From positions 1 through 31,861 of the forward strand of contig JBKJMP010000268.1 of the NCBI GenBank assembly GCA_046596395.1: 31,861 nt of DNA, written 5' to 3'. The translations under genes were made by a program, and so were the position numbers. Position 1 is the stretch's first letter. The number at the start of each line of letters is the position of its first letter. This document shows positions 1 to 9,186 of the stretch, piece by piece. The notes under the pieces are model-generated. The model saw only the letters and a list, made by a program, of their open reading frames with translations. It was not told the DNA's origin and made no database searches. The DNA comes from Gemmatimonadaceae bacterium (GTDB taxonomy: Bacteria; Gemmatimonadota; Gemmatimonadetes; Gemmatimonadales; Gemmatimonadaceae).

Positions 1-2349
1 AACCGCCAGACGCCGTCGTACCTGTCGCCAACGGAACTGCCCAGCCGCGGATCGGAGCGCGCATCGCTGAACGGCACGATGCAGGGGCGTCACACCGGCT
101 ACATCGGTGACGGCGTCTTGTCGGAAACCGTGGCAGGCGTGAGCATCGCGCGCTCGGGTTCCACGCCCTTCTTCGAGCTCCCCACCGGCAATGTGCTGTC
201 CGACCATCAGTTGCTCTCCTTCGGCGGTGCGCTGACGAGCAGTCGCCAATCGTCCGCGCAGTTGAGCGCGCGGAACCAGCTGTCGTGGTACAGCCTGAAC
301 GAGCGACACCTCGTCTCGATCACGAGCGAGCTCCGGCACGAGCGCGCCGAGCAGACGTCCGGTGGCAATGAGCTCGGTGTGTTTGCGTTCGCGTCGCTCG
401 ATGCACTTGCCGCCGCGCAACCGTCATCGTTCAGCCGCTCGTTGCCGGCGCGGCCAAGGCGCGAAGGACAGTGGGTTGCCGCTGTGTCGGTTGGAGACCG
501 ATACGCACCGGTTGACGACGTCGAGCTCCAGTACGGCGTTCGGATCGACGCAAACCGCTTCACCACGGTGCCGTCGGACAATCCGCTCGTGACGGGCGTG
601 TTCGGGATGCGGACCGGTGTCGTACCGAGCCACTACTATATGAGTCCGCGTCTGGGGTTCTCGTGGCGGCAGGGGCCCGGGAAGCGCGTCAGGTTGCAGG
701 GAGGCATCGGAATCTTCCAGAGCCTTCCAGCGACGACCACCATTGCGCAGGCGCTCGGCCACACAGGACTCCCCGCGGGCGTTCAATCGATCGCGTGCAC
801 GGGTCCGAGCGTTCCGCGCCCCGACTGGGCGGCGTATGCGACAGACGCACGTCGCATTCCCTCCGCGTGCCAGGATGGACACTCGTCCGTCGTTGCATCC
901 GGTGCGGCGCCAAACGTCGTGCTGTACGACCGTACGTACCGCGCGCCACGCTCGCTCCGCGGCAACCTCCAGTGGAGAACACCACTGCGCAGTCTCGCCG
1001 CTTCCGTCGATGGGACGTACTCGCTGAACCTCCACGAGCCGACGTCACTCGACCTGAACCTCGACAACGGGGCGCGGCGATCGAGCCGCTTCGCGCACGT
1101 CACCGCACTGCGATCCGACGGACGTTCGCTGAGCCGCCAGCTCAGCGTCATGCTCGAGCCGCTCGTGCCGAGCCGCGTACTCGAATGGAGCGTGGGCTAC
1201 GCGTGGTCAACCGTACGCGAGCGCCGTCCTGATTTCGGCGACGGCTGGGCGCCCGCCGATCGAGACTGGCGGCACCAGGTTCAGTATGCGCTCACGATCA
1301 ATCCGCGCGACCTGGTCCGCATCACCTGGTTCGGCAGCGTGCGGTCCGGCCTGCCGTTTACCCCCATGGTCGCGGGCGACGTCAACGGCGACGGCTACTC
1401 GAACGACCGCGCATTCATCTTCGGGCCCACGAGCCACGACACGACCGTCGCCGCGGGCATGCGCGCGCTGCTCGACGATGCGGCGGCGGCCGTGCGCGCA
1501 TGTCTCCTCGCGCAAGAGGGTACGGTCGCGGCGCGTGCGAGCTGTCGAGGGCCGTGGTCGAGCTCCTCGCACCTGACGATGCGCATCAATCCCGCGCGTC
1601 TGCGCTTACCACGCCACGCGGCGATCACACTCAAGCTCTCCAGCCCGCTCGGCGCGCTCGACCGCGTGCTTCACGGTGAAACTCGCAGGCGCGGATGGGA
1701 TGACATCGTACTCCCGTCGTCTACCCTGCTCTTCCTTCGCGAGCGCGACGTTGAGACGGGGCGATATCGATACCACGTCAACCCGCGCTTCGGTACGACA
1801 GATCGCTCGCTCACCGCGCAATTCGCGGCGCCTCGACTCACCCTGCTCTTCGCATTCGACGTCGGGCCTGGTCAGGAGCGGCAGATGCTCGCGCGCGACC
1901 TGGCGCGCGGCCGGCGCACGAGTGGCGAAACCGCAACCCCCGAATCGTTGCGCCGAGCACTCGGCGGGGGGTTGGACATCCCCAATCCGATGGCTGCGCT
2001 GCTGCGCAATGCGGCGGCGCTCGCGCTCACGTCGGCGCAGGCGGACAGCATCGCGGCGATGAATGGAACGTTCGCAACGTTGCTCAGGACGGTGTGGAAT
2101 CCCGTGTGGTCCGCGCTCGGCGCCTTGCCTCGCGACTACGACCACAACGTCGCGTACGCGCTCTATCGCTCCGCACGCGAGGCGTCGGTGGACCAGCTCA
2201 TTCTCCTCGCCCCGTTTGTGTTGGACATCCTCAGCACCGAGCAACGCAGGCAGCTCACCAACGATGTACGCGCTGGACTCGATGTCGGCTATCTCCGCTC
2301 GATCCGGTCAGGCACCATCAGCCAGGGAGTTCGCGGCATGGTCCACTGA
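1..2349 (+). CDS. TonB-dependent-receptor-like outer-membrane beta-barrel protein with C-terminal helical extension (5'-partial)
   Basis: Frame 1 is open from base 1 (NRQTPSY...), so the gene starts upstream of the window. Barrel-type strands (LQYGVRID, SPRLGFSW, APRSLRGNLQ, DGTYSLN) and a D-V-N-G-D-G-Y-S-N-D loop are present. About 150 aa of helical sequence follows the last strand. Confidence 0.7.
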   Translation, partial: NRQTPSYLSPTELPSRGSERASLNGTMQGRHTGYIGDGVLSETVAGVSIARSGSTPFFELPTGNVLSDHQLLSFGGALTSSRQSSAQLSARNQLSWYSLNERHLVSITSELRHERAEQTSGGNELGVFAFASLDALAAAQPSSFSRSLPARPRREGQWVAAVSVGDRYAPVDDVELQYGVRIDANRFTTVPSDNPLVTGVFGMRTGVVPSHYYMSPRLGFSWRQGPGKRVRLQGGIGIFQSLPATTTIAQALGHTGLPAGVQSIACTGPSVPRPDWAAYATDARRIPSACQDGHSSVVASGAAPNVVLYDRTYRAPRSLRGNLQWRTPLRSLAASVDGTYSLNLHEPTSLDLNLDNGARRSSRFAHVTALRSDGRSLSRQLSVMLEPLVPSRVLEWSVGYAWSTVRERRPDFGDGWAPADRDWRHQVQYALTINPRDLVRITWFGSVRSGLPFTPMVAGDVNGDGYSNDRAFIFGPTSHDTTVAAGMRALLDDAAAAVRACLLAQEGTVAARASCRGPWSSSSHLTMRINPARLRLPRHAAITLKLSSPLGALDRVLHGETRRRGWDDIVLPSSTLLFLRERDVETGRYRYHVNPRFGTTDRSLTAQFAAPRLTLLFAFDVGPGQERQMLARDLARGRRTSGETATPESLRRALGGGLDIPNPMAALLRNAAALALTSAQADSIAAMNGTFATLLRTVWNPVWSALGALPRDYDHNVAYALYRSAREASVDQLILLAPFVLDILSTEQRRQLTNDVRAGLDVGYLRSIRSGTISQGVRGMVH

Positions 2350-2380
2350 CGCGGCAACTCTCTCTCCTACGGAGGCAATC

Positions 2381-3547
2381 ATGACCCACGCGCTCCGCGC
2401 CATCACGCTCGTCGCCTGTCTCGCACACCCCGCCCTGAGCCAGCAGTTGCCCGTGCGGCCGTTGGGTGCGGTTGTCGCCACCTCGCGCGCAATCTTCCGA
2501 ACGGTCGGCGGGGTGTACGAGCTTCGCGATGGGCGCATCCTCGTCAATGACATCGAGCGTCGTACGCTTCAGCTGTTCGACGCCGGTCTCGCGACGTCCC
2601 GTACCCTCGCCGACGACTCTACCGGTGGCAGTGCCCCAGCCTATGGCGGCACACCCGCGCGGCTCATTCCCTATCGCGGCGACTCCACCCTCATGGTGCA
2701 GCCGGACCAGTTCTCGATGCTCGTCATCGGGCCGGCGGGTTCTGTCGGTCCTGCCCGCGCCGTCCCGAGCACCGGGCACGTGATGGCGCTCGTGTCCGCC
2801 GCCGCCGGCACGCCAGGCTTCGACGGTGACGACCGCTTCGTCTATCGTCTGCTGCCGGCCCCGCAACGCCCCCACCGCGTGAACGGCACATGGACGCTCG
2901 GCAAGGAGCCGGCGGATTCCGCGCCGCTCGTGCGAGCCAGCCTCTCCACTCGCCGGGTTGACACCGTCGCGCACACACGGATTACCCCGCCGAGGGTCGC
3001 GCTGCAGGAATCACCCAACGGCAAGATGGCCGTGGCGCGCGTGTACGATCCGATGCCGGTCGCCGACGAGTGGGTCGTCACGTCGGACGGCATCATCGCC
3101 ATCGTGCGAAGCAGCGACTATCACGTTGAGTGGATCACACCCGATGGACGCCGGACGTCCTCACCCCGGATCAGCTTCCCGTGGCATCGGCTCACGCCGG
3201 ACGAGAAGGCCAAGGTGGTGGACGCCGCCGCACACGCCTACGCGTCCTCGGGACCCAACGCGCGTCCGTTTCCCATCGTCGCCGCGAACGAGTTGCCGGA
3301 CTACGCCCCGCCGTTTGCGCGCGGGATGATCCACGCCGACGAGGAGGGCCGCATCTGGCTCCAGACCACGGCGACGTACGCGAACGCGAAGGGCACGGTC
3401 TACGACGTGATCGACCGGCAGGGGCGTCTTGCAGATCGTATCGAGGTGCCGGCGGGCCGTGACATCGTCGGCTTCGGTCGGTCGGGAGTCGTCTTCCTGT
3501 CGTCGGCGGGTGCAGCACGCCACGTGGAGAAAGTACGAGTGCGGTGA
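2381..3547 (+). CDS. Secreted hypothetical protein, probable beta-propeller
   Basis: GGAGG RBS at 2371-2375, ATG at 2381 and a Sec-type signal (MTHALRAITLVACLAHPALSQQ). Repeated propeller-like strands (DGRILVND, DGIIAIVR, EGRIWLQ). The listed start at 2063 overlaps the upstream gene and is rejected. Confidence 0.75.
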   Translation: MTHALRAITLVACLAHPALSQQLPVRPLGAVVATSRAIFRTVGGVYELRDGRILVNDIERRTLQLFDAGLATSRTLADDSTGGSAPAYGGTPARLIPYRGDSTLMVQPDQFSMLVIGPAGSVGPARAVPSTGHVMALVSAAAGTPGFDGDDRFVYRLLPAPQRPHRVNGTWTLGKEPADSAPLVRASLSTRRVDTVAHTRITPPRVALQESPNGKMAVARVYDPMPVADEWVVTSDGIIAIVRSSDYHVEWITPDGRRTSSPRISFPWHRLTPDEKAKVVDAAAHAYASSGPNARPFPIVAANELPDYAPPFARGMIHADEEGRIWLQTTATYANAKGTVYDVIDRQGRLADRIEVPAGRDIVGFGRSGVVFLSSAGAARHVEKVRVR

Positions 3548-3554
3548 CGAACGA

Positions 3555-3611
3555 AAGGCCAGAGCCGCTAAACCACCGCGACCCTGGCCTTCCGCGCTCC
3601 CCCCCGGGAGC
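3555..3611. terminator. Two hairpins between convergent genes (possible bidirectional terminator)
   Basis: AAGGCCAG (3555-3562) pairs with CTGGCCTT (3584-3591); GCTCCC (3596-3601) pairs with GGGAGC (3606-3611). There is no U-tract. Confidence 0.35.
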
Positions 3612-3612
3612 C

Positions 3613-4242
3613 CTACCGAATCGTCGCCTTGATCACCGGCTTGAAGAGCAGCCCGTTCTGCGCGATGCTGTTCCCCCGCTGCACGAAGCTGTTGTCCACG
3701 TCGAAGTCCACGAGCGTCGTCGTCGTGTCGTTCGCGCGAACCACGAGTGCGGACTGTAACTTGATCTTGATCCCCGACCGCGCCGCGCTCGGGAACGACA
3801 CGCTCGGCGACGATGTGCTGGTGAGCACCGCGCCGTTCTTGAGCGTCACGCTCGACTTCGAGGGATCGATGATGAGGCGAAGCGACCGGTAGTCGCCCGC
3901 AGCGACGGTGCGTGCGCCGAGCGTCGTGAAGATGCCGTTGCGGAGCGCGAGCAGCTCGATGAGCGCGTTCGGCGTGGCAACCGTGGTCCATCCGCCGCTA
4001 GCGGAACTGTCCGTCGAGGTGGCGGTCGCCGCATCAGTCGAGTCGGAGTCCGCTGCCTTCGCATCCACCCGGACGACGAAGATGTCCACGCGCTTCACTG
4101 AATCGGACGAGAACGGCGCGTCGGTGAGTTGAATCTGCAGAGAGCCGGTGCCCTGGCTGGTGCTGCTATCGGAGCAGGCGGTGATGGCAACCGCGCCGAA
4201 GGCAGCGGCGAACAGGGTCGAACGCACGAGGTGACGCGACAT
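3613..4242 (-). CDS. DUF4382 domain lipoprotein
   Basis: Lipobox AITAC. Motifs LQIQLTDAP, IELLAL, YRSLRLII and TLVDFDVDNSF...FKPVIK are typical of DUF4382. AGGAGA RBS at about 4248-4253. Confidence 0.85.
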   Translation of the reverse strand: MSRHLVRSTLFAAAFGAVAITACSDSSTSQGTGSLQIQLTDAPFSSDSVKRVDIFVVRVDAKAADSDSTDAATATSTDSSASGGWTTVATPNALIELLALRNGIFTTLGARTVAAGDYRSLRLIIDPSKSSVTLKNGAVLTSTSSPSVSFPSAARSGIKIKLQSALVVRANDTTTTLVDFDVDNSFVQRGNSIAQNGLLFKPVIKATIR

Positions 4243-4310
4243 CAGAATCTCCTTGCATCGGGAATCGGACTGCTACTCGAGACGGTGCGACATCGCACTC
4301 GCTTCTGGAG

Positions 4311-4341
4311 ATAGGACTGTCATGATTCGTGCTCGCGTCAC
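4311..4341 (-). promoter_or_regulatory. Putative ECF-sigma promoter for the DUF4382 gene (GTGAC-N17-CAGTC)
   Basis: The minus strand reads GTGACGCGAGCACGAATCATGACAGTCCTAT, with the same spacing as three other copies. Confidence 0.6.
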
Positions 4342-4419
4342 CGACATTCTTACATGTGCGATGCGTCACAACGCGCGTGCGCGATGAGTCACGAGATCAT
4401 GGCCTCACGCGTGCGTTAT

Positions 4420-4449
4420 GTGACCAATGCCAGCAATCCAACAGTCAAT
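4420..4449 (+). promoter_or_regulatory. Putative autoregulatory ECF promoter (GTGAC-N17-CAGTC)
   Basis: GTGAC at 4420-4424, a 17-nt spacer, CAGTC at 4442-4446 and ATG at 4455. No RBS is evident, so the transcript may be leaderless. Confidence 0.6.
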
Positions 4450-4454
4450 CCAGC

Positions 4455-5012
4455 ATGGCCGAGCTGCACCATCAACCGGACGCCGTCGTCGTTGCCGCCG
4501 TCCTCGGCGGCGACACCTATGCGTACAGCGTGCTACTCTCGCGATACCGCGACGCGTACACGCGCTACGCCGTCCGCATGCTCGGCAACCGCGAGGATGC
4601 GGACGATGCGTTGCAGTCCACATTCATTCGTGCGTTTCGCAACCTCGCCAAATGCCAGGATCCGGCGCGGTTCGGTGCGTGGCTCTACCAGATTGCGATC
4701 AATGAGTGCAGGAGCCTCGGCGCGCGGCGCGGGAGGCGCGAGCTGCGCATGGTGCGGGACGATGCGGAGATGGAGCGAGCGCTTGGCATGACGCACGCCG
4801 ACCCCGCCGCCGACATGCGCGACGAGATCCAGCGCGCGCTGGACCAGCTCGACGTCGACCAGCGAGAAGCGTTCGTGCTGAAACACATCGAAGAGTTGAG
4901 CTACGACGAGATGGCGGCGATCACTGGCGTCGGTGTCTCTGCACTGAAGATGCGGGTCAAGCGGGCCTGCGATCACCTGCGGGAGTTGCTGAAGGAGGCG
5001 TACCATGAGTGA
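4455..5012 (+). CDS. ECF-subfamily sigma-70 RNA polymerase sigma factor
   Basis: Region 2 (DADDALQSTFIRAFRNL, FGAWLYQIAINECR) and region 4 (LDVDQREAFVLKHIEELSYDEMAAITGVGVSALKMRVKRA). The start is chosen at MAELHH. Confidence 0.92.
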   Translation: MAELHHQPDAVVVAAVLGGDTYAYSVLLSRYRDAYTRYAVRMLGNREDADDALQSTFIRAFRNLAKCQDPARFGAWLYQIAINECRSLGARRGRRELRMVRDDAEMERALGMTHADPAADMRDEIQRALDQLDVDQREAFVLKHIEELSYDEMAAITGVGVSALKMRVKRACDHLRELLKEAYHE

Positions 5013-5634
5013 CGGAGACGACGAGAAGGAGCGACGCTTCATCGAACGCATCGCGGGACCAATGCGCGCGCCGGAGCGGTTGCGTGACAGCTTCGAGGCG
5101 CGGGTGATGCTGGCCGCTCACGATGCCGTGGGCGCTGGCGAGCCGCGCGAGCCGGTGACGTCGCTCGCATGGTGGCGACGTCCGCGCACCGTCTCCGTGT
5201 CGCCGATGCGGGCGATGGCGATGGCGGCGAGCGTGCTCGTGGCTGTTCTACTCGCGGGTGCGGGCGTGGGCCGGCTCACGCACGATCAGCCGATGGCATC
5301 GCCGGCCATCGCGCTCGAGCGACGCGTGGACACCGTGCACGTCGTCCGGTTCATGCTCACCGACGCCCAGGCGACGTCGATCGTGCTCGTCGGCGACTTC
5401 AACGACTGGTCGAAGAGCGCCACGCCACTGACCCGGACGCCCAACGGCAAGGCATGGATCGCGACCGTCAACCTCCCCGCCGGGCGGCACGAGTATGCGT
5501 TTCTCGTGCGCGACGATGCCGGTGAGCACTGGGTGCCCGATCCCTTCGCCACCACCGTGCACGACGACTTCGGGACGGTCAGCTCGCTCGTGCACGTCGG
5601 GAGCGAGTCGCAGCGGACGTCGAGCTCCAGCTAG
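5005..5634 (+). CDS. Putative anti-sigma factor: N-terminal cytoplasmic segment, one TM helix, C-terminal CBM48 / isoamylase-early-set (AMPK-type glycogen-binding) domain
   Basis: 8-bp overlap with the sigma gene. TM segment AMAMAASVLVAVLLAGAGV. VRFMLT, SIVLVGDFNDW, WIATVNLPAGRHEYAFLV and WVPDP match the E-set/CBM48 pattern. Confidence 0.8.
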   Translation: MSDGDDEKERRFIERIAGPMRAPERLRDSFEARVMLAAHDAVGAGEPREPVTSLAWWRRPRTVSVSPMRAMAMAASVLVAVLLAGAGVGRLTHDQPMASPAIALERRVDTVHVVRFMLTDAQATSIVLVGDFNDWSKSATPLTRTPNGKAWIATVNLPAGRHEYAFLVRDDAGEHWVPDPFATTVHDDFGTVSSLVHVGSESQRTSSSS

Positions 5635-5640
5635 GCCACA

Positions 5641-6783
5641 TTGCGATCGGTCGTCGTACTCGCGCTCGTCGTCACCGCTGGTGCAACGCTCGCACCCGGC
5701 GCGCGTGCGCAGCGCGTCACGTCGTCGGTCGCCTTCACAGGCGCGAATGTCCGGTATGCGGACTCCGTCGGCGTCTCCGCGCTGACGTTGACGCCGAGCG
5801 TGCAGTTGGATCGCGACTTCTCGACGCTCGGAGCGTCGGTGTCGTACTCGCAGCTCGCGTCGGGCGGATGGACGATGCAGGGCGCCGGCAGCGGCTCCCT
5901 CTTCACGTCGCCGGTGCGCGGGCTGACCGGTGAGCTCTCGGCGTTGCTCGGCGGGAGCACCCACGGCGACGGAACGCGCACCGGGCAGTCGATCGCCTCG
6001 GCGCGCGCGCACGTCATTACGCCAGCGCGCGGCGCGTGGATCGGCGCGGGCGCCGGCGGCACCTGGGACGGCGACCGCTGGCGCACGCTGCTCCAGGGCG
6101 AGGCAGCGGCATGGACGCGCATCGGCGAGCGCGCGACCGCGCTCGCGACAGTCACGCCCGTCATGGTGGACGACTCCAGTCGCTACACGGATGCGGAGGT
6201 CGCCGCGCACTGGGATGGCAGCACGTTGGAGGTCGGCGCCTCTGTCGGGGCGCGGAGCGGCAGGCCACGTGGCGCACTGTCGGGCGCGGGCGCGTGGGGT
6301 GGCGTGAGCGTCGCCGCATGGCTCAGGTCCGGGATTGCGGTCGTCGGCAGTGCGGGCGTGTATCCCGCCGACCTCACGCAGGGCTATCCCGACGGACGCT
6401 ACCTGTCGCTCGGCGTGCGACTCGGGCAACGGGCCCGGCGTCCCGTCGTCGAACCGGTGCCGCTCGTCGCGCGAGAGCGTGATGTCGCCGCTCTCGCGGG
6501 TGTGGAGCGATTCACGACCACTGCCGCTGCGGGCGGCCGGCGCACGATACGCGTGCTTGCTCCAGACGCGCGCACTGTGGAGGTGAACGGCGACTTCACG
6601 CGCTGGACGCCCATTGGCCTCACGAAGCTCGCTGGTGGATGGTGGTCAGCCACCCTCCCCCTCGCGACGGGGACATACCAGATGAATGTGAGGACGGACG
6701 GTGGCGCGTGGATCGTTCCGCCGGGACTCCCGCTGCTGAAGGATGAATTCGGGGGCAGCGTGGGCCTGCTCGTCATACCGTAA
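5641..6783 (+). CDS. Exported beta-barrel-like protein with C-terminal CBM48-like domain
   Basis: TTG start and signal peptide. About 250 aa of alternating Gly/aromatic amphipathic strands, then VEVNGDFTRW, WWSATLPLATGTYQMNVRTDGGAWIVPPG and DEFGGSVGLLVIP. Confidence 0.75.
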   Translation: MRSVVVLALVVTAGATLAPGARAQRVTSSVAFTGANVRYADSVGVSALTLTPSVQLDRDFSTLGASVSYSQLASGGWTMQGAGSGSLFTSPVRGLTGELSALLGGSTHGDGTRTGQSIASARAHVITPARGAWIGAGAGGTWDGDRWRTLLQGEAAAWTRIGERATALATVTPVMVDDSSRYTDAEVAAHWDGSTLEVGASVGARSGRPRGALSGAGAWGGVSVAAWLRSGIAVVGSAGVYPADLTQGYPDGRYLSLGVRLGQRARRPVVEPVPLVARERDVAALAGVERFTTTAAAGGRRTIRVLAPDARTVEVNGDFTRWTPIGLTKLAGGWWSATLPLATGTYQMNVRTDGGAWIVPPGLPLLKDEFGGSVGLLVIP

Positions 6784-7356
6784 GGCTGTGACGCGCGCGC
6801 GCAACGCAGCAGTCCAATAGATGAAGGCAATTCATTGCAGTTCCCCGAGGGACCCATCATGCGATACACACATCTGCGTTCTGCGCTCGCACTCGCGAGC
6901 TTGTTGATTGGATCGGCAGCATCCCAGGCATCCGCACAGACGCCGGCTGAGGATCCATCCGCTCGGCTGCGGCAGGTGTTGCCGGCGGATGTCGCGGCGC
7001 GCGTGCTTGCACGCATCGCCGACGCGCGCGCGCGTGACCTGCCCGCGGCAGCACTCGAGAATCGCGCGCTGAAGTTCGCCGCGAAGGGAGTAGCGCCGGC
7101 CGACATCGAGAAGTCGGTCACCGAGCAGGGCGTCCGCATGCTCAATGCTCGGACTGCGCTTACACAGGGTCGCGCGGGACGTCCTGCGCACGACGAGATC
7201 GAGGCAGGTGCCGAGGCGCTCCGGAAGGGTGTCAGTGGCGCTGGCGTTGCGGCGCTCGCGCACAGTGCTCCGTCCGGACGTTCGCTCGCCGTACCGTTGT
7301 TCGTGGTGGGCAGCTTGGTTGATCGGGGGCTGCCGTCCGATGCTGCGCTGTCGCGC
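6634..7356 (+). repeat. Copy 1 of a ~720-bp diverged direct repeat (copy 2 at 20700-21418)
   Basis: Colinear by manual alignment; 26 mismatches counted in the first 150 nt (about 83% identity). Confidence 0.9.
6788..6818 (+). promoter_or_regulatory. Putative ECF promoter (GTGAC-N17-CAGTC) upstream of the 6859 gene
   Basis: GTGAC at 6788-6792 and CAGTC at 6810-6814. It is conserved in the paralogous copy at 20854-20884. Confidence 0.6.
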
Positions 7357-7596
7357 GTGCAGGAGCGCCTTCAGGCGCGGGTGTCCGACGCGGATCTGCA
7401 GGGATTGCCGGCGGGTGTCAGTGCGGGTGAAGTGCGCAAACCGGCGCAGACCGGCCGCGACGTCGCGGCCACGAAGCGCCCAGCGGACGCTGGAGCGGGT
7501 CCAGACCGACGTGGGAATGGCCCGCCCGCTGGCGTACCGGCAAATGGTGGCGCGGGCGCGCGTCCGACCGGGGCCGGCAAAGGCCGTAAGCCCTGA
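6859..7596 (+). CDS. Secreted alpha-helical hypothetical protein with Gly/Pro-rich basic tail
   Basis: GAGG RBS at 6847-6850 and a signal peptide ending ASA-Q. A diverged second copy at 20923 has mostly synonymous changes, which supports the reading frame. Confidence 0.8.
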   Translation: MRYTHLRSALALASLLIGSAASQASAQTPAEDPSARLRQVLPADVAARVLARIADARARDLPAAALENRALKFAAKGVAPADIEKSVTEQGVRMLNARTALTQGRAGRPAHDEIEAGAEALRKGVSGAGVAALAHSAPSGRSLAVPLFVVGSLVDRGLPSDAALSRVQERLQARVSDADLQGLPAGVSAGEVRKPAQTGRDVAATKRPADAGAGPDRRGNGPPAGVPANGGAGARPTGAGKGRKP

Positions 7597-7605
7597 CGAG
7601 CGGGA

Positions 7606-9186
7606 TCACTCCTTCGACAGCGAGAACGTGAACGGCATCTCGAGTAACTGCCGTACCTTCTTCCCACCAACCTGCGCCGGCTGAAAGCGCATCGCTGACA
7701 CAGAGGTCTCCACCGCCTGCGTGAACAGCGCGTGATCCGACCGGAGCACCTTGAGGCTCCCCGGCATGATCTCGCCGTTCACGTCGATGACGAACTGCGC
7801 GACGACTTCGCCCTCCACCTTCGCCCGCCGTAGCTCGTCCGGATAGCGCATCAGCCCAGTGCCCGGGATCTGGCGCGCCTCGCTATTCGGAGGTACGTCG
7901 CTGGACGGCTTGATCACTGAGGCAGGGCGCGCCGGTGACGGCGGACCGCCCAACGAGAACGTGAACGGCTGCTGCACCAGCTGCCGCACTCTGACCCCAC
8001 CGACCTCAGCGGGCGAAAAGCGCATGTTCGGCAACGCGGCCTCGACCGCTGCGGTGAAGTCGCCGTGGTTGGACTGCAACACCTTGAACGTCCCGGGCTC
8101 GATCGCGCCGGTCGCATCGACCACGAACTGCGCGAGCACCTCGCCCTGCACGCTCGCGCTGCGCAGGGCGTCGGGATAGCGCACCCTCCCCGTTCCCGCC
8201 ACCTGCTGCGCCTGTTTCTCCACTTGATACTCGAAGTACGGCTGCTTCGCGACGGTGGGACTCTCTGGCGCGATAATCGGGCGCGGCGCGGCGACGTCGG
8301 CAATACGCGAGTTGCACGCGGCGGCGCCCCCGACGACCGTCGCCGCAATGGCGACGACGATCCTCGTTCGACGACCGCTGGCAGAGATGGGACGCATGGC
8401 GGCAATCCTCCGTTCGAGATGTGAGCGAGACGCAGCGAGCATCGGCGCAAACGGCGTCATGCCCTGCCGCTGAGAGATGAGCAGGAGAAGCTTTCCGTAC
8501 TGCGCCGTGTTACCCTCGGTGGCGAGGACGCGTGCGTCGCAATCCACTTCGAGTGCGAGACGCGCGCGACGCACGATCCACCAGAGCGGCACGTTCCACG
8601 GCACGAGCGCGAGCGCAACGGCTGATCCGATCACGACCCACGGATCACGCGCGCGGCAGTGCTCCTCCTCGTGTCGCAGCACGAGGCGCCGCAACGGCGC
8701 CGCAAGCTCGAGCATCGCCGAAGGCAGCAGCACCCTCGGCGCCACCACACCGACGACTGCGGGACCGACGTCCGCATTCACGAGCACCGGCACGCCATCG
8801 ACGACGCGCGGTTCGCTCGCGCGCCGGATGCGTGCGAGTTGTGCGTAGGCGCGCGCGAGGCGAATCACGAGCACAACGCTCAACATCGCCCACATCACCA
8901 GCAATAGGGTGTCGAGTTGCGCGGACCACGCGAATGTCGCCGGGATGCCGCCCGGCACGGCCTGAATCGACGGCAGCGCCACGACCGCTGATTGCGCCGA
9001 GCTGTCCGGAAGCAGGCGTCGCGCGATCGGAGCGATCACCGGCCACGTTGCTCCGGCCGCCAGGGCCACGAGCCACGGCGCACGCGTCGGACGGCGCACG
9101 GCGCGCAACGCCACTTCCGCGCACAATGCGGTCACCCCGAGCAGGGCGGTGAACACCAGCGCGGAGAACATCCACGCGGCGATCAT
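7606..9186 (-). CDS. BlaR1/MecR1-type M56 metallopeptidase fused to two TonB C-terminal domains
   Basis: TM N-terminus, GPAVVG...PRVLLP, zinc motif HEEEH, PWNVPLWW and EVDCD. Two TonB_C-like repeats follow (YPDALR..VQGEVLAQFVVD / YPDELR..VEGEVVAQFVID), each ending in PFTFSL. Confidence 0.88.
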   Translation of the reverse strand: MIAAWMFSALVFTALLGVTALCAEVALRAVRRPTRAPWLVALAAGATWPVIAPIARRLLPDSSAQSAVVALPSIQAVPGGIPATFAWSAQLDTLLLVMWAMLSVVLVIRLARAYAQLARIRRASEPRVVDGVPVLVNADVGPAVVGVVAPRVLLPSAMLELAAPLRRLVLRHEEEHCRARDPWVVIGSAVALALVPWNVPLWWIVRRARLALEVDCDARVLATEGNTAQYGKLLLLISQRQGMTPFAPMLAASRSHLERRIAAMRPISASGRRTRIVVAIAATVVGGAAACNSRIADVAAPRPIIAPESPTVAKQPYFEYQVEKQAQQVAGTGRVRYPDALRSASVQGEVLAQFVVDATGAIEPGTFKVLQSNHGDFTAAVEAALPNMRFSPAEVGGVRVRQLVQQPFTFSLGGPPSPARPASVIKPSSDVPPNSEARQIPGTGLMRYPDELRRAKVEGEVVAQFVIDVNGEIMPGSLKVLRSDHALFTQAVETSVSAMRFQPAQVGGKKVRQLLEMPFTFSLSKE

